Translations under genes and position numbers: made by a program
DNA from: Acidimicrobiia bacterium
GTDB lineage: Bacteria > Actinomycetota > Acidimicrobiia > Acidimicrobiales > Aldehydirespiratoraceae
Length of the DNA stretch: 64,000 nucleotides
Reading direction: 5' to 3'
Assembly (NCBI GenBank): GCA_003231645.1
Contig: QIIW01000082.1
Span: 3,797-67,796, forward strand
The notes under the pieces: generated by a model
Told to the model about the DNA's origin: nothing
Databases searched by the model: none
What the model saw: the letters and a program-made list of their open reading frames with translations, nothing else
Part shown: piece by piece, positions 1 through 9,157 of the stretch
Layout of the letters: the number at the start of each line of letters is the position of its first letter
Position numbering within the stretch: the stretch's first letter is position 1

Positions 1-110
1 ACCGACCGGGGGTGCACCCACCTCTGGTCGGTTGCCGGCAGCGAGATCCAGGCCGACTACCTGTCGAGGGTCGGCTTCTCGCCGGCGCCAACCGACGACA
101 TGCCGCGCCG

Positions 111-953
111 CTACGCGCTGGAACTCGAATCGTCGACCCCGAGCGCCAGTTCGTAGACACGTCGGCGGGCGGCCCCCAACGTCGCCGCCACCTCGGCAAC
201 GGCATCGCGGCGACTGACACCCGAGGCCATCTCGGCCCGCAAGGCTTCGACGATCTCCGTATCAGTGGCAGCCGCTCGGGGCGGAGCGCCGCCGATCACG
301 ATCACCACCTCGCCCCGCACGCCGGCATGGGCCCACGAGGCCAGTTCGGACAGGGTCCCTCGAACGAACTCCTCGTGGAGCTTGGTGAGCTCGCGGGCCA
401 CGGCCGCGGGCCGCTCGCGGCCGCACACCTCGGCAAGGTCACGCAACGTCGCGGCGGTGCGATTTGGTGATTCGTAGACGACCGTGGTGCGCGGCTGAAC
501 GGCGATATCGGCCAGTTGTTCGCGCCGCCCGTTGCCCTTGCGGTCGAGAAACCCCTCGAATACGAATCGCGATGTCGGTAGACCGCTGGCAACGAGCGCG
601 GCCAGCACCGCCGACGGGCCGGGAACGACGGTGACAAGATGACCAGCGGCGAGAACGAGCCCGACGAGCCGCTGCCCCGGATCGGATACGCCGGGCGTGC
701 CGGCGTCGGATACGAGCACCACCCGCTTCCCCGATTCGAGAAGGGAGATCACCTCGGAGGCCACCCGATTCTCAGTGTGGTCGTCGGTGCGCAGCATCCG
801 GGAACCCACGGCCAGGTGGGCAAGAAGCCGACCGGTGCGACGGGTGTCCTCGCAGCAGACGAGATCGGCCCTCTCCAGCTCCTCGACCGCTCGCGGCGAG
901 ATGTCGCCGAGGTTGCCGATGGGGGTGGCTACGAGCACCAACGCGGCGCTCAA
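111..953 (-). CDS. rsmI: 16S rRNA (cytidine1402-2'-O)-methyltransferase
   Basis: LVLVATPIGNLGDIS, CEDTRRT, SDAGTPGVSDPG, YESPNR and ARELTKLHEE motifs. Start set at TTG 953, overlapping the upstream stop (TTGA). Confidence 0.95.
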   Translation of the reverse strand: MSAALVLVATPIGNLGDISPRAVEELERADLVCCEDTRRTGRLLAHLAVGSRMLRTDDHTENRVASEVISLLESGKRVVLVSDAGTPGVSDPGQRLVGLVLAAGHLVTVVPGPSAVLAALVASGLPTSRFVFEGFLDRKGNGRREQLADIAVQPRTTVVYESPNRTAATLRDLAEVCGRERPAAVARELTKLHEEFVRGTLSELASWAHAGVRGEVVIVIGGAPPRAAATDTEIVEALRAEMASGVSRRDAVAEVAATLGAARRRVYELALGVDDSSSSA

Positions 954-1279
954 CCCTCCGTCTCCAATTGCACACCCGGCTCGATGCCCCACATCCGCAT
1001 CGAGCCCGCTTCGGCCTCCAGGACCATCCGCGCCGCGCGATGGTAGCCGCCCACACGACCGGGCTTCATCGTCGACACCGAGAGAACCACCATTTCTGCG
1101 TCGAGATGAGCAACATCGATCGGGAATCTCATGCCGATCGTGTGGACCGAACGGGCGGGTTCGAGGAGAAGAGCCCCATCGATCCCGTCGCGGCCGAGCA
1201 GGCCACGTCGACGGCTGCGGCGTGTGTCGGCGATCTCCAACGAGGCGATCACATGGTCACCGGCCACGAGCCACGGCAT
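950..1279 (-). CDS. DUF192 family protein
   Basis: ADTRRSRRRGLLGR, SVHTIGMRFPIDV and VLEAEAG signatures; TAGATT lies 6 nt before the ATG. Confidence 0.85.
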   Translation of the reverse strand: MPWLVAGDHVIASLEIADTRRSRRRGLLGRDGIDGALLLEPARSVHTIGMRFPIDVAHLDAEMVVLSVSTMKPGRVGGYHRAARMVLEAEAGSMRMWGIEPGVQLETEG

Positions 1280-1345
1280 GTCCAGAATCTATTGGTTGGC
1301 CGCGCCCTTGCACCGGCACAGTTCCGAAATTATGGGTCGCCGCAC

Positions 1346-2278
1346 TCAGGCCAGGGCGGGCTCGGGATCCGAAGCCGCCTTCTCGGCCCGACGTGCGGCC
1401 ATGCGGCGACCGACCCTCGCGATACGGTCGATCTGCTTCATCAGTCGAATACGGGCTTCTTCGGCCTCGGCCGACAGACCCTCGATCTTCTCGATCGCCC
1501 AGTCACGTACAACGACGGGTTGGAGGATCTGGTCATGGTGAATGGCGAGGTCATAGATGCCCGAGTCGGCGATGGCCTTGGAGTGGGCGGCAAAACCGGG
1601 GATTCCGGTGCCGGGCATGGCGAAGTTCTTCACCTGACGTTCGATCGCGATCACGGCTCTCGACGGGTCGACCTCGATCACCGCCGACATGGCGTCGCGA
1701 TAGAAGAGGAAGTGGAGATTCTCGTCGGCGGCGACCCGGCGCATGATCACCCGGCCCACCGGGTCGGTGAGGCGCGACCCGGTGTTGAAGTGCGATATCC
1801 GGGTGGCGAGTTCCTGCAGGGAAACGTAAGCCAGACCATCGGCGACGGTCTCGGGCTCGGGAACCTCACCCGTCGACATCTGGATCATACGGCCCCGCTC
1901 GAGCTCCACCGGATCGATGGCTCGGCCGGCGAACAGGTACTGAGTGAGCACCATGCCATGGCGCCCTTCCTCGGCGGTCCAGCGGCGAACCCATTCACCC
2001 CAGGCCCCGTCACGGCCGAACATGCGTTCGATGTCGCGGAAGTAGTAGGGCAGATTGTCCTCGGTGAGGGTGTTGACGAACAGCGCGCTGCGCACCGCCG
2101 CCGGAACGCCGGCCTCGTCGGGGCTCCACTCGTGGTCCTCGCCGTAGTCCCGGCTTCGCGACCACGGCACCAATTGGTGCGGGAACCATTCCTTGGCGGT
2201 ACAGAGGTGACGTTGGAGCAGTTGCTCACCCTTTTCGGCAAGCGCTTCGAGCAGGGCGATATCGGAGGGGTGCGGCAT
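1346..2278 (-). CDS. Acyl-ACP desaturase (DesA-like, ferritin-like diiron)
   Basis: TEDNLPYY, WTAEEGRH, QELATRISH and DENLH diiron motifs. Confidence 0.92.
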   Translation of the reverse strand: MPHPSDIALLEALAEKGEQLLQRHLCTAKEWFPHQLVPWSRSRDYGEDHEWSPDEAGVPAAVRSALFVNTLTEDNLPYYFRDIERMFGRDGAWGEWVRRWTAEEGRHGMVLTQYLFAGRAIDPVELERGRMIQMSTGEVPEPETVADGLAYVSLQELATRISHFNTGSRLTDPVGRVIMRRVAADENLHFLFYRDAMSAVIEVDPSRAVIAIERQVKNFAMPGTGIPGFAAHSKAIADSGIYDLAIHHDQILQPVVVRDWAIEKIEGLSAEAEEARIRLMKQIDRIARVGRRMAARRAEKAASDPEPALA

Positions 2279-2290
2279 ACGGGCCCTCAG

Positions 2291-2340
2291 CCTACCTACC
2301 GGTCGGCAGGCGAACTACCTACCAGTCGGTAGGTAGTTCG
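2291..2340. promoter_or_regulatory. Tandem palindromic operator-like sites upstream of the desaturase; the larger one could also be a hairpin ending ychF
   Basis: Perfect 13-bp inverted repeat cgaactacctacc-agtc-ggtaggtagttcg (2311-2340), plus an adjacent imperfect copy cctacctaccggtcggcagg (2291-2310). Confidence 0.6.
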
Positions 2341-2360
2341 TTCAACGGGCATCGCCGGCG

Positions 2361-3431
2361 TCAGACGTTGAAACGGAACTCCATCACGTCGCCGTCCCGG
2401 ACGACGTAGTCCTTGCCTTCCGAACGGACCTTTCCGACATCGCGTGCCGCGGTCCACGAGCCGGCATCCAGCAATTCGTCCCACTGGATGGTCTCGGCCC
2501 GGATGAACCCGCGCTGGAAATCGGTGTGGATCACCCCCGCGCACTGCGGCGCCGTGGATCCGGCACGAAAGGTCCAAGCCCGGCTCTCCTTCTCCCCGGT
2601 GGTGAGAAAGGTGCGGAGCCCGAGCTGGTGATAGGCGCTGGTGAGAAACCGCGGTACCGCTCCCTCCCCGAGCCCGAGGGCGTCGAGCATCTCGGCGCGA
2701 TCATCGGCGTCGAATTGTGCGGCCTCGGCCTCGAGTTGCACACACAACGGGATCACCTCGGCCCCCTCCAGTTCGTCGCGCACCGGTGCGGCGACATCAT
2801 CGGCCGAACCGATCCGGTCCTCGCCGATGTTGAGAACCGCCAGCACCGGCTTGTTGGTGAGAAGGAAGAACTCCTTGAGTGAGGCACTCTCCTCGTCGCT
2901 CAACCCGGCTCGGTAGAGCGGTGTTCCCGCGCCGAGCGCGTCGACGACCCGAGTGAGCAGATCGACCTTGCTCCGCAACGAAGGATCACCCTTCATCGAC
3001 CGCCGGTGCTTGTCGAGCTGGCGTTCGGCCGTCGCCAGATCGGCGAGCGCCAGTTCGATCTCGAGCACCCGCAGGTGCTCCAGGGGTTCGGTCGAACCGG
3101 GCACGCCGTCATCGAAGGCCCGCAGTACGAAAACGATTGCGTCGACCTCACGAATGTGGGAGAGAAACGCGTTGCCGAGGCCCTCGCCGTGGCTCGCACC
3201 CTCGACCAGACCACCGATGTCGGTGAACTGAACCGAGGCATGAACGATGTTGCGGCTCCTGCTCATGGCCGCGAGTCGGTCGAGGCGGTCGTCGGGCACC
3301 TTGGCCACGCCGACGTTGGGGTCGGTGGTGGCGAACGCGTAGGGAGCGGCATGGGCACCACCTCCGGCCAGCGCGTTGTAGAGCGAGCTCTTGCCGGCGT
3401 TGGGAAGGCCGACGAATCCGAAACGCTCCAT
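2361..3431 (-). CDS. ychF: Redox-regulated ATPase YchF (Obg family)
   Basis: GFVGLPNAGKSSL, DIGGLVEGASHGEGLGNAFLSHIRE, IHTDFQRGFIRAE and C-terminal DGDVMEFRFNV; start at ATG 3431. Confidence 0.96.
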   Translation of the reverse strand: MERFGFVGLPNAGKSSLYNALAGGGAHAAPYAFATTDPNVGVAKVPDDRLDRLAAMSRSRNIVHASVQFTDIGGLVEGASHGEGLGNAFLSHIREVDAIVFVLRAFDDGVPGSTEPLEHLRVLEIELALADLATAERQLDKHRRSMKGDPSLRSKVDLLTRVVDALGAGTPLYRAGLSDEESASLKEFFLLTNKPVLAVLNIGEDRIGSADDVAAPVRDELEGAEVIPLCVQLEAEAAQFDADDRAEMLDALGLGEGAVPRFLTSAYHQLGLRTFLTTGEKESRAWTFRAGSTAPQCAGVIHTDFQRGFIRAETIQWDELLDAGSWTAARDVGKVRSEGKDYVVRDGDVMEFRFNV

Positions 3432-3489
3432 GCTTCTCCCGGGCGATCGTGGACGACGGAAGGCTACCGGTGGGGATATCGTGGCCGTC

Positions 3490-3849
3490 GTGACCGACAC
3501 GACCATCAGCACCGCGGCTGCCACCACCGCCCCGAGTGTCGTCGATGCCGCAGGCGAGGCCCAGGCGGAGCGCACGTTTTCGATCTCGATCGCAATATCG
3601 GCCGTGCGCTGCACCCTCACCTACGTGCTCATTCCGTGGATCTTCCCGTTTCTCGGCGAAACCACCGGAGTGGGCCCCACACTCGGGGTCGTCATAGGTG
3701 TCGCCGCCATCGTGGCCAACGTGTTCAGCATCCGCCGGTTCCATCGAGCCGACCATCGCTGGAAATGGCAGATGACCTTCATCAACAGCGCGGTGATCGC
3801 CCTGTTGGTCTTCTTGGTGGCGCAGGACTTCGTCGCCATCATCGGCTGA
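3490..3849 (+). CDS. Hypothetical membrane protein (about 3 TM helices)
   Basis: Hydrophobic segments around SAVRCTLTYVLIP; high-GC3 codon usage; TATCGT lies 7 nt before GTG 3490. Confidence 0.7.
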   Translation: MTDTTISTAAATTAPSVVDAAGEAQAERTFSISIAISAVRCTLTYVLIPWIFPFLGETTGVGPTLGVVIGVAAIVANVFSIRRFHRADHRWKWQMTFINSAVIALLVFLVAQDFVAIIG

Positions 3850-3903
3850 GCGCGGCTCCCGACGGGTGGGGCCGAGCGATGATCGCGGATATCCTCACCG
3901 ACC

Positions 3904-3993
3904 ATGTCGAAGCGCACACAGAAGGCGAGGGCCAAGGCCCGCCGCAAGAAGGCGAACCACGGGCGCAAGCCCAACCTCGGCCGCAACAGCTGA
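3904..3993 (+). CDS. 50S ribosomal protein bL37-like small basic protein (29 aa)
   Basis: Translates to MSKRTQKARAKARRKKANHGRKPNLGRNS; KANHGRKPN matches the mycobacterial bL37 C-terminal KANHGKRPN motif; TATCCT lies 8 nt upstream. Absent from the ORF track. Confidence 0.85.
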   Translation: MSKRTQKARAKARRKKANHGRKPNLGRNS

Positions 3994-4092
3994 GACCTAG
4001 CTTCCGAGAGCCTCCCTGCCGGCTCCTGGTGAAAGTCGGCGGACCCTTCCCGGGCGGTTGACGGACATCGCCGGGTCACCGAAAGTGTGTCC

Positions 4093-5337
4093 ATGGCCGA
4101 CTTCCTGATAACCAACGCTCGACTCCTCGATTCCGAGGTGGGCGAGACCCGTGCCGGGGCCTCGATCCGAGTGGAGGACGACCGCATCGTCGAGATGACC
4201 GAGGACGGCTCCCCGATCTCCGTCGGCGACAGTGTCCACACCATCGACGCCGGGGGCCGGACGCTGATGCCCGGCCTGATCGACGCTCACGTCCACGCCG
4301 CGATCACCACCATGGACCTGGCGGCGATGGGACGCCGGCCCCTCACCCGAATCGGGGTGGAGGCGAAAGCGATCCTCGAGCGAATGCTGCGGAGAGGTTT
4401 CACGACCGTACGCGACGCCGGTGGCCTCGACTCCGGAATCCAACAGGCCCTCGACCTCGGGCTCATCTCGGGCCCGCGAGTGTTCCGATCCGGCAGAGTC
4501 CTGTCTCAGACCGGTGGACATGGCGACACCGGTTCCGTCGGCAACTTCCCCCGGATCTGCGCCTGCTCGATCAAGACGTCCGGGTTCTCACACGTCGCCG
4601 ATGGCGCCGACGCCGTCCGCCGGGCCGCCCGTGAGGAGTTGAAGGGCGGAGCCGCTCAGATCAAGGTCATGGCCGGGGGCGGGGTGGCGACACCCAGCGA
4701 CCCCATCGACATGGTCCAGTACACCGAGGCCGAGATCAGGGCCGCGGTGCAAGAAGCCGAGGCGCGACGCACCTACGCCTTCGCTCATGCCTACATCCCC
4801 GACGCGATCACTCAGGCGGTGAGCGCCGGTGTGCGCTCGATCGAACACGGCAACCTGATCGACGATCGATCGGCCGAGCTGATGGCCGACCGCCACTGCT
4901 ACCTGGTTCCAACCCTTGTCGTGTATGACCAGATCGCCGAGTTCGGCCGGTCCCTCGGTTTCCCGCCCGAAAGCATGTTGAAACTCGATGACGTGCTCCG
5001 CGCCGGTCTGGACGCGGTCGACATCGCACTTCGAGCCGGGGTCAGGATCGGCTTCGGAACGGATCTCCTGGGCGAGACCCACGACGCCCAATCCAAGGAG
5101 TTCCTGCTCCGGGCCGAGGCGCAGACGCCGGCCGACGTCATCGCGTCGGCCACTGTCGTCAACGCCGAGTTGCTCGGTCGGGTCGACGAACTCGGGGTGA
5201 TAAGGCCGGGCGCCGCCGCCGACCTGTTGCTCGTCGACGGGAATCCGCTACAGGACCTCTCGTTGTTGGGCGGTCAGGGCAGACATCTGGATCTCATCGC
5301 CCGTGCCGGTGAGATCATCGTCAACCGTCTGGCGTGA
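4093..5337 (+). CDS. Metal-dependent amidohydrolase (prolidase-like subgroup)
   Basis: MPGLIDAHVH, GFTTVRDAGG, QTGGHGD, IKVMAGGGV, SIEHG and FGTD motifs. Confidence 0.9.
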   Translation: MADFLITNARLLDSEVGETRAGASIRVEDDRIVEMTEDGSPISVGDSVHTIDAGGRTLMPGLIDAHVHAAITTMDLAAMGRRPLTRIGVEAKAILERMLRRGFTTVRDAGGLDSGIQQALDLGLISGPRVFRSGRVLSQTGGHGDTGSVGNFPRICACSIKTSGFSHVADGADAVRRAAREELKGGAAQIKVMAGGGVATPSDPIDMVQYTEAEIRAAVQEAEARRTYAFAHAYIPDAITQAVSAGVRSIEHGNLIDDRSAELMADRHCYLVPTLVVYDQIAEFGRSLGFPPESMLKLDDVLRAGLDAVDIALRAGVRIGFGTDLLGETHDAQSKEFLLRAEAQTPADVIASATVVNAELLGRVDELGVIRPGAAADLLLVDGNPLQDLSLLGGQGRHLDLIARAGEIIVNRLA

Positions 5338-5428
5338 CCGGGCCGGCGTCATCACATTTACGGACCGGGCCTGCGGCCTCAGGCTCGGATGATGGCGGAT
5401 CTCCGCGATCGGGACCGACAATGAGTGG

Positions 5429-5728
5429 GTGTTGCTCGTGTTCGATGGCGACTGCGGCTTCTGCACCGCCTCGGCGAGGTGGATCAAGCGACGATTGCCC
5501 GATTCGGTGGCGGTCGAACCATGGCAATCCCTCGAACTCGAGGAAATCGGGCTCAGCCGCGACGGCATCAGCGCGGCGGCATGGTGGATCGAGGATTCCG
5601 GGCGACACCACCGCGCTCACATGGCGATCGGCCACGCCGTGCACGCGGTCGGTGGCTGGTGGGGCTTGGTCGGCCGCGCCATGGTCACACCCCCAATTTC
5701 GTGGTTGACAACTGGTAGACCACCCCAC
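5429..5728 (+). pseudogene. DCC1-like/DUF393 thiol-disulfide oxidoreductase, 3'-truncated and reading in frame into the next gene
   Basis: LVFDGDCGFC (DxxCxxC) N-terminus; family-like sequence ends at PPISWL without the usual Y..VA.NR tail or a stop codon. Confidence 0.6.
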
Positions 5729-6415
5729 GTGACAGTGACTCTCTCAGAAGCCGAATCGCGTCGGATCGTCACTCGCCATGGTATTGCCGTGTCGCCCTTC
5801 GTCACCGGCTCCACCACCGACCAGGTGGTTGCCGCGATGGCATCGGACCCCGAGGTCGTCTACCCGTTGGTCGCCAAGCTGTGCGGTCGTTCGATCGCCC
5901 ACAAGACCGAGCGGGGACTGGTCCGCCTTCGCATCGCCGACGAGGCATCACTCAGAACAACATGCGACGAACTCCTCGCCGCGGCCCGGGCCGACGACGG
6001 CGATGTGGAACTCCTCGTCTCGACCATGGTGGCCGGCAATCGGGAACTGATCGTCGGCCTGGCCACCGACCGGCAGTTCGGCCTGGTGGTCATGCTCGGT
6101 GTGGGAGGGATCCTGGCCGAGGCAATCGCCGATGTCTCGATCCGCCTGGCCCCGATCGAGCCCGCCGATGCGGCCGAGATGATCGGCGACCTGTCGAGCC
6201 AGGCCCTGCTGGGTGCGTTCCGCGGCGAACCGGCGGTCGACCGCGAATCACTCGCCCACACGCTCATGGCGCTGTGTGCGGCGGGCCAGGCCGAGCCGGG
6301 CCTGGTGTCGGCCGACATCAACCCGCTGATCATCGTCGAAGGTGTGCCGGTGGCGGTCGACGCACTCATCGAGATCGATCCCTCAGCAGACTCCGGCGAG
6401 AGGCACGATCGATGA
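5729..6415 (+). CDS. ADP-forming acyl-CoA ligase, ATP-grasp (beta) subunit
   Basis: LSEAES, YPLVAK..IAHKTE.GLV, ELIVG..DRQFG.VVMLG.GG and DINPL..AVDA motifs; open in frame from 5429. Confidence 0.85.
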   Translation: MTVTLSEAESRRIVTRHGIAVSPFVTGSTTDQVVAAMASDPEVVYPLVAKLCGRSIAHKTERGLVRLRIADEASLRTTCDELLAAARADDGDVELLVSTMVAGNRELIVGLATDRQFGLVVMLGVGGILAEAIADVSIRLAPIEPADAAEMIGDLSSQALLGAFRGEPAVDRESLAHTLMALCAAGQAEPGLVSADINPLIIVEGVPVAVDALIEIDPSADSGERHDR

Positions 6416-7878
6416 CCCGCGACCTCTCACCGCTGTTCGACCCCGAGGGCATCATCATCACCGGCGTGTCGAGCCACCCCGGCAAGTTCGGATTTGTCAC
6501 GCTTCACAACATTCTCAGCGCCGGTTATCGGGGCCGGGTGTTCCCGATCGGACGGGAACCCGGTGAGGTGCTCGGCCATCACGTCCACGGATCGATCGAC
6601 GACGTTCCCGAGGGTGCCGCCGACATGGTGTTCATCTGCACCCCGCGAAGGTTCAACGAAGACCTGCTCCGGGCGGCAGCGGCCAAGGGGGTCAGGGCGG
6701 CGTTCATCGCCGCCGCCGGCTACCGCGAGGCCGGTCCCGACGGGGTGGAGGCCGAGCGCAGGCTGGTGGCTCTCGCCCATGAACTCGGGATCGCGGTTGC
6801 CGGACCCAACGGTCAGGGGGTGGTGTCGACTCCATCTTCGATGTGCGCCCAGATCGTGGCCCCCTACGCACCGGCCGGAGGTATCGCCATCGCGTCCCAG
6901 TCGGGCAACTTCGTCTCCACGCTGCTCAACCTGGCCCGGCACACCGGCGTCGGCGTGAGCCGCGCCGTGGCTGCCGGGAACGCGGCGGTGTTGGGCATCG
7001 TCGACTACCTCGAATGGTTCGCCGACGATCCCGCCACGCGGGTGAGCCTGATCTACGTGGAAACGGTCGACGACGGGCGAGCCATGTTCGAACGGATCCG
7101 GCCTCTCGCCGAAGGCAAGCCGATCGTTGTGGTGAAGGGTGGGACCTCGGCCGCCGGTGCTCGGGCCGCGGCCAGCCACACCGGGGCCCTGGCCAGTGAC
7201 GATCGGATCTTCGACGGCATGTGCCGTCAGGCCGGACTGATCCGAGCCCGAGACATCGAAGAGGGGTTCGAGGTCGCCGCCACATTCGCCACCCAGCCAC
7301 TCCCGCGCGGCAACCGGTCGGTGATCGTGACATCCGCCGGTGGCTGGGGCGTGGCCGCGGTCGACGCCATGGCCGACACCACGCTCACGCCGGTGGCGCT
7401 GCCCGCCGATCTGCGCGACGCCATCGATCGGTTGCTTCCACCCCGATGGAGCAAGTCCAACCCGATCGACATGGCGGGAGGTGAGACCCGCGACACCGTG
7501 CCCGAGATCCTCGAGATGGTGGCCATCCACCCGGACGTCGACAGCGTCGTGTTCCTCGGCCTGGGTATCCAGTCCAACACCGCGGAGATGATGCGTGGCG
7601 GTCCCTTCCATCCCGACTTCGGGCTGGAACGCATAGTCGGGTTCCATGAGCGCCAGGACGCCCGTTACGCCGAGGCCGCCGTTGAGATCTCAGAGCGCAC
7701 CGGCACACCGATCGTGGTGGCAACGGAACTCGTCAACACCAATCCCGACAACCCGGGCCCGGCCGCGATGCGCGCTGCCGGCAAGATGTGCCACGCCTCG
7801 GCCGGGCGCGCGGTCCGCTCGCTCGACATGCTCACCCGCCGGGCAACCTGGCTGAGGGCACGCGGACTGGCGACGTGA
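6412..7878 (+). CDS. ADP-forming acyl-CoA ligase, CoA-binding (alpha) subunit
   Basis: GVSSHPGKFG, GPNGQG, SQSGN, AASHTGALA (phospho-His) and NPIDM; ATGA overlap with the beta subunit. Confidence 0.9.
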   Translation: MTRDLSPLFDPEGIIITGVSSHPGKFGFVTLHNILSAGYRGRVFPIGREPGEVLGHHVHGSIDDVPEGAADMVFICTPRRFNEDLLRAAAAKGVRAAFIAAAGYREAGPDGVEAERRLVALAHELGIAVAGPNGQGVVSTPSSMCAQIVAPYAPAGGIAIASQSGNFVSTLLNLARHTGVGVSRAVAAGNAAVLGIVDYLEWFADDPATRVSLIYVETVDDGRAMFERIRPLAEGKPIVVVKGGTSAAGARAAASHTGALASDDRIFDGMCRQAGLIRARDIEEGFEVAATFATQPLPRGNRSVIVTSAGGWGVAAVDAMADTTLTPVALPADLRDAIDRLLPPRWSKSNPIDMAGGETRDTVPEILEMVAIHPDVDSVVFLGLGIQSNTAEMMRGGPFHPDFGLERIVGFHERQDARYAEAAVEISERTGTPIVVATELVNTNPDNPGPAAMRAAGKMCHASAGRAVRSLDMLTRRATWLRARGLAT

Positions 7879-8051
7879 TCACCCCCGACCCGCCCTACTG
7901 GGCGACCGAGGATTCCATCGCCGCGTGGCGCGATCATCGCGACCACATCGACGCCAAGAGCCGGGGACGCTCCGACTGGTACGACCGGTACGAGCTGCGG
8001 GTGGCACTCGTGGAACGGGCGGTGACGTTCCATCCCGGCCCGGGCCCATGA
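7875..8051 (+). pseudogene. Antibiotic biosynthesis monooxygenase (ABM) family gene with a large internal in-frame deletion
   Basis: VITPDPPY joined directly to WATEDSIAAWRDHRDH..GRSDWYDRYELRVALVER: the N- and C-termini of the family with roughly 50 central residues missing. Start and stop overlaps with both neighbours are retained. Confidence 0.7.
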
Positions 8052-9001
8052 CCGACATTCTCGATCGCATCCGATCGTCGTGTGCCGAGGTCGCACGGAG
8101 CTCCTCACATGTGAGAATCGACGCTGGTGCGCTCAAGGCCTTCGCCGACCGACTCGACACATCGCGTCCCGAACCCGACCCGGGCCAGGTTCGCGTCGGC
8201 AACGACGAATCGGCCGTTGCCTTCATCCTGACCCTCGACTCTATAAATTTCGGCAGCGGATACTTCCCGTACATCTCCAAGCGCGGGACCATGTCGGGGT
8301 ACCAGACGGTGGCCGCCTCGCTCCGCGATTTCGTGGCGCACAACGGACCGATAACCGCGACGGTCCTGGTCGACTCGACCACCGCCGGCTGCGCCTGCAT
8401 CTTCGGCCAGAGTCTCGACGATCCGATGCCGGCCGAGCTCATGGGACTCTTCGCCTCGGCGCTGCGCGACCTCGGTGAGTTCGTGGCGATCGAGGGTGGC
8501 GGATCGTTTCTGGCCACGGTGACCAAAGCCGGCGGTTCGGCCGCTTCTCTCGTCGAGATGCTCGACCGGATGCCCTATTTCCACGACGTCCATTCCCACC
8601 GCGGCCGGGTGGTGTTGCTCTACAAGCGGGCCCAGATCGTGGCGCAGGATCTGGCGATCGCGTTCGATCGCCACGGGCCCGGAGACTTCCACGACATCGA
8701 CCGATTGACCATGTTCGCCGACAATCTCGTGCCCCATGTACTGAGGGTCGAGGGTGCGCTGGTGTTCTCCGAGGAACTCCTCGCCCGCATCGAGATGGTC
8801 GACGACATCACCGTCGGCACGGAGCCCGAGATCGAGATCCGGGCCTGTGCCCTCCACGCGGTCGAACTCCTCCGTGGCCTGCTGGCCGAGCGTGACCAGC
8901 AGATCAACTCGGCTGATCTCGACAACGTCCTGTGGAATCTCGGAGCCGCCAAGCGCTACAAATCGGTTCTTCGCCATCGATCGCGCGGCGTCTTCTACTA
9001 A
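8048..9001 (+). CDS. Queuosine salvage family protein (DUF2419; QNG1-like queuosine-nucleotide N-glycosylase/hydrolase)
   Basis: LDSINFGSG, LYKRAQI, LTMFADNLVPHVLR, EIEIRA, LDNVLW and C-terminal HRSRGVFY motifs. Confidence 0.88.
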   Translation: MTDILDRIRSSCAEVARSSSHVRIDAGALKAFADRLDTSRPEPDPGQVRVGNDESAVAFILTLDSINFGSGYFPYISKRGTMSGYQTVAASLRDFVAHNGPITATVLVDSTTAGCACIFGQSLDDPMPAELMGLFASALRDLGEFVAIEGGGSFLATVTKAGGSAASLVEMLDRMPYFHDVHSHRGRVVLLYKRAQIVAQDLAIAFDRHGPGDFHDIDRLTMFADNLVPHVLRVEGALVFSEELLARIEMVDDITVGTEPEIEIRACALHAVELLRGLLAERDQQINSADLDNVLWNLGAAKRYKSVLRHRSRGVFY

Positions 9002-9157
9002 CACCGTCAGTGACACCTCGGCCACACTGACGATCAAACAGGGCACCAAAGAGCGCGGAACCCACGCGGGAGGGATACCGTTCCGGCACTGTGATTCGGG
9101 CCCGACCGGGTCCGTGTCGACCGCAACACACCGCCAATCCGGCGGTACGGAGGATCA

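Noticed and set aside
9002-9157. preQ1 or purine riboswitch
   Set aside because: No A-rich preQ1 tail or purine-aptamer core recognised; kept only as an unassigned structured leader.
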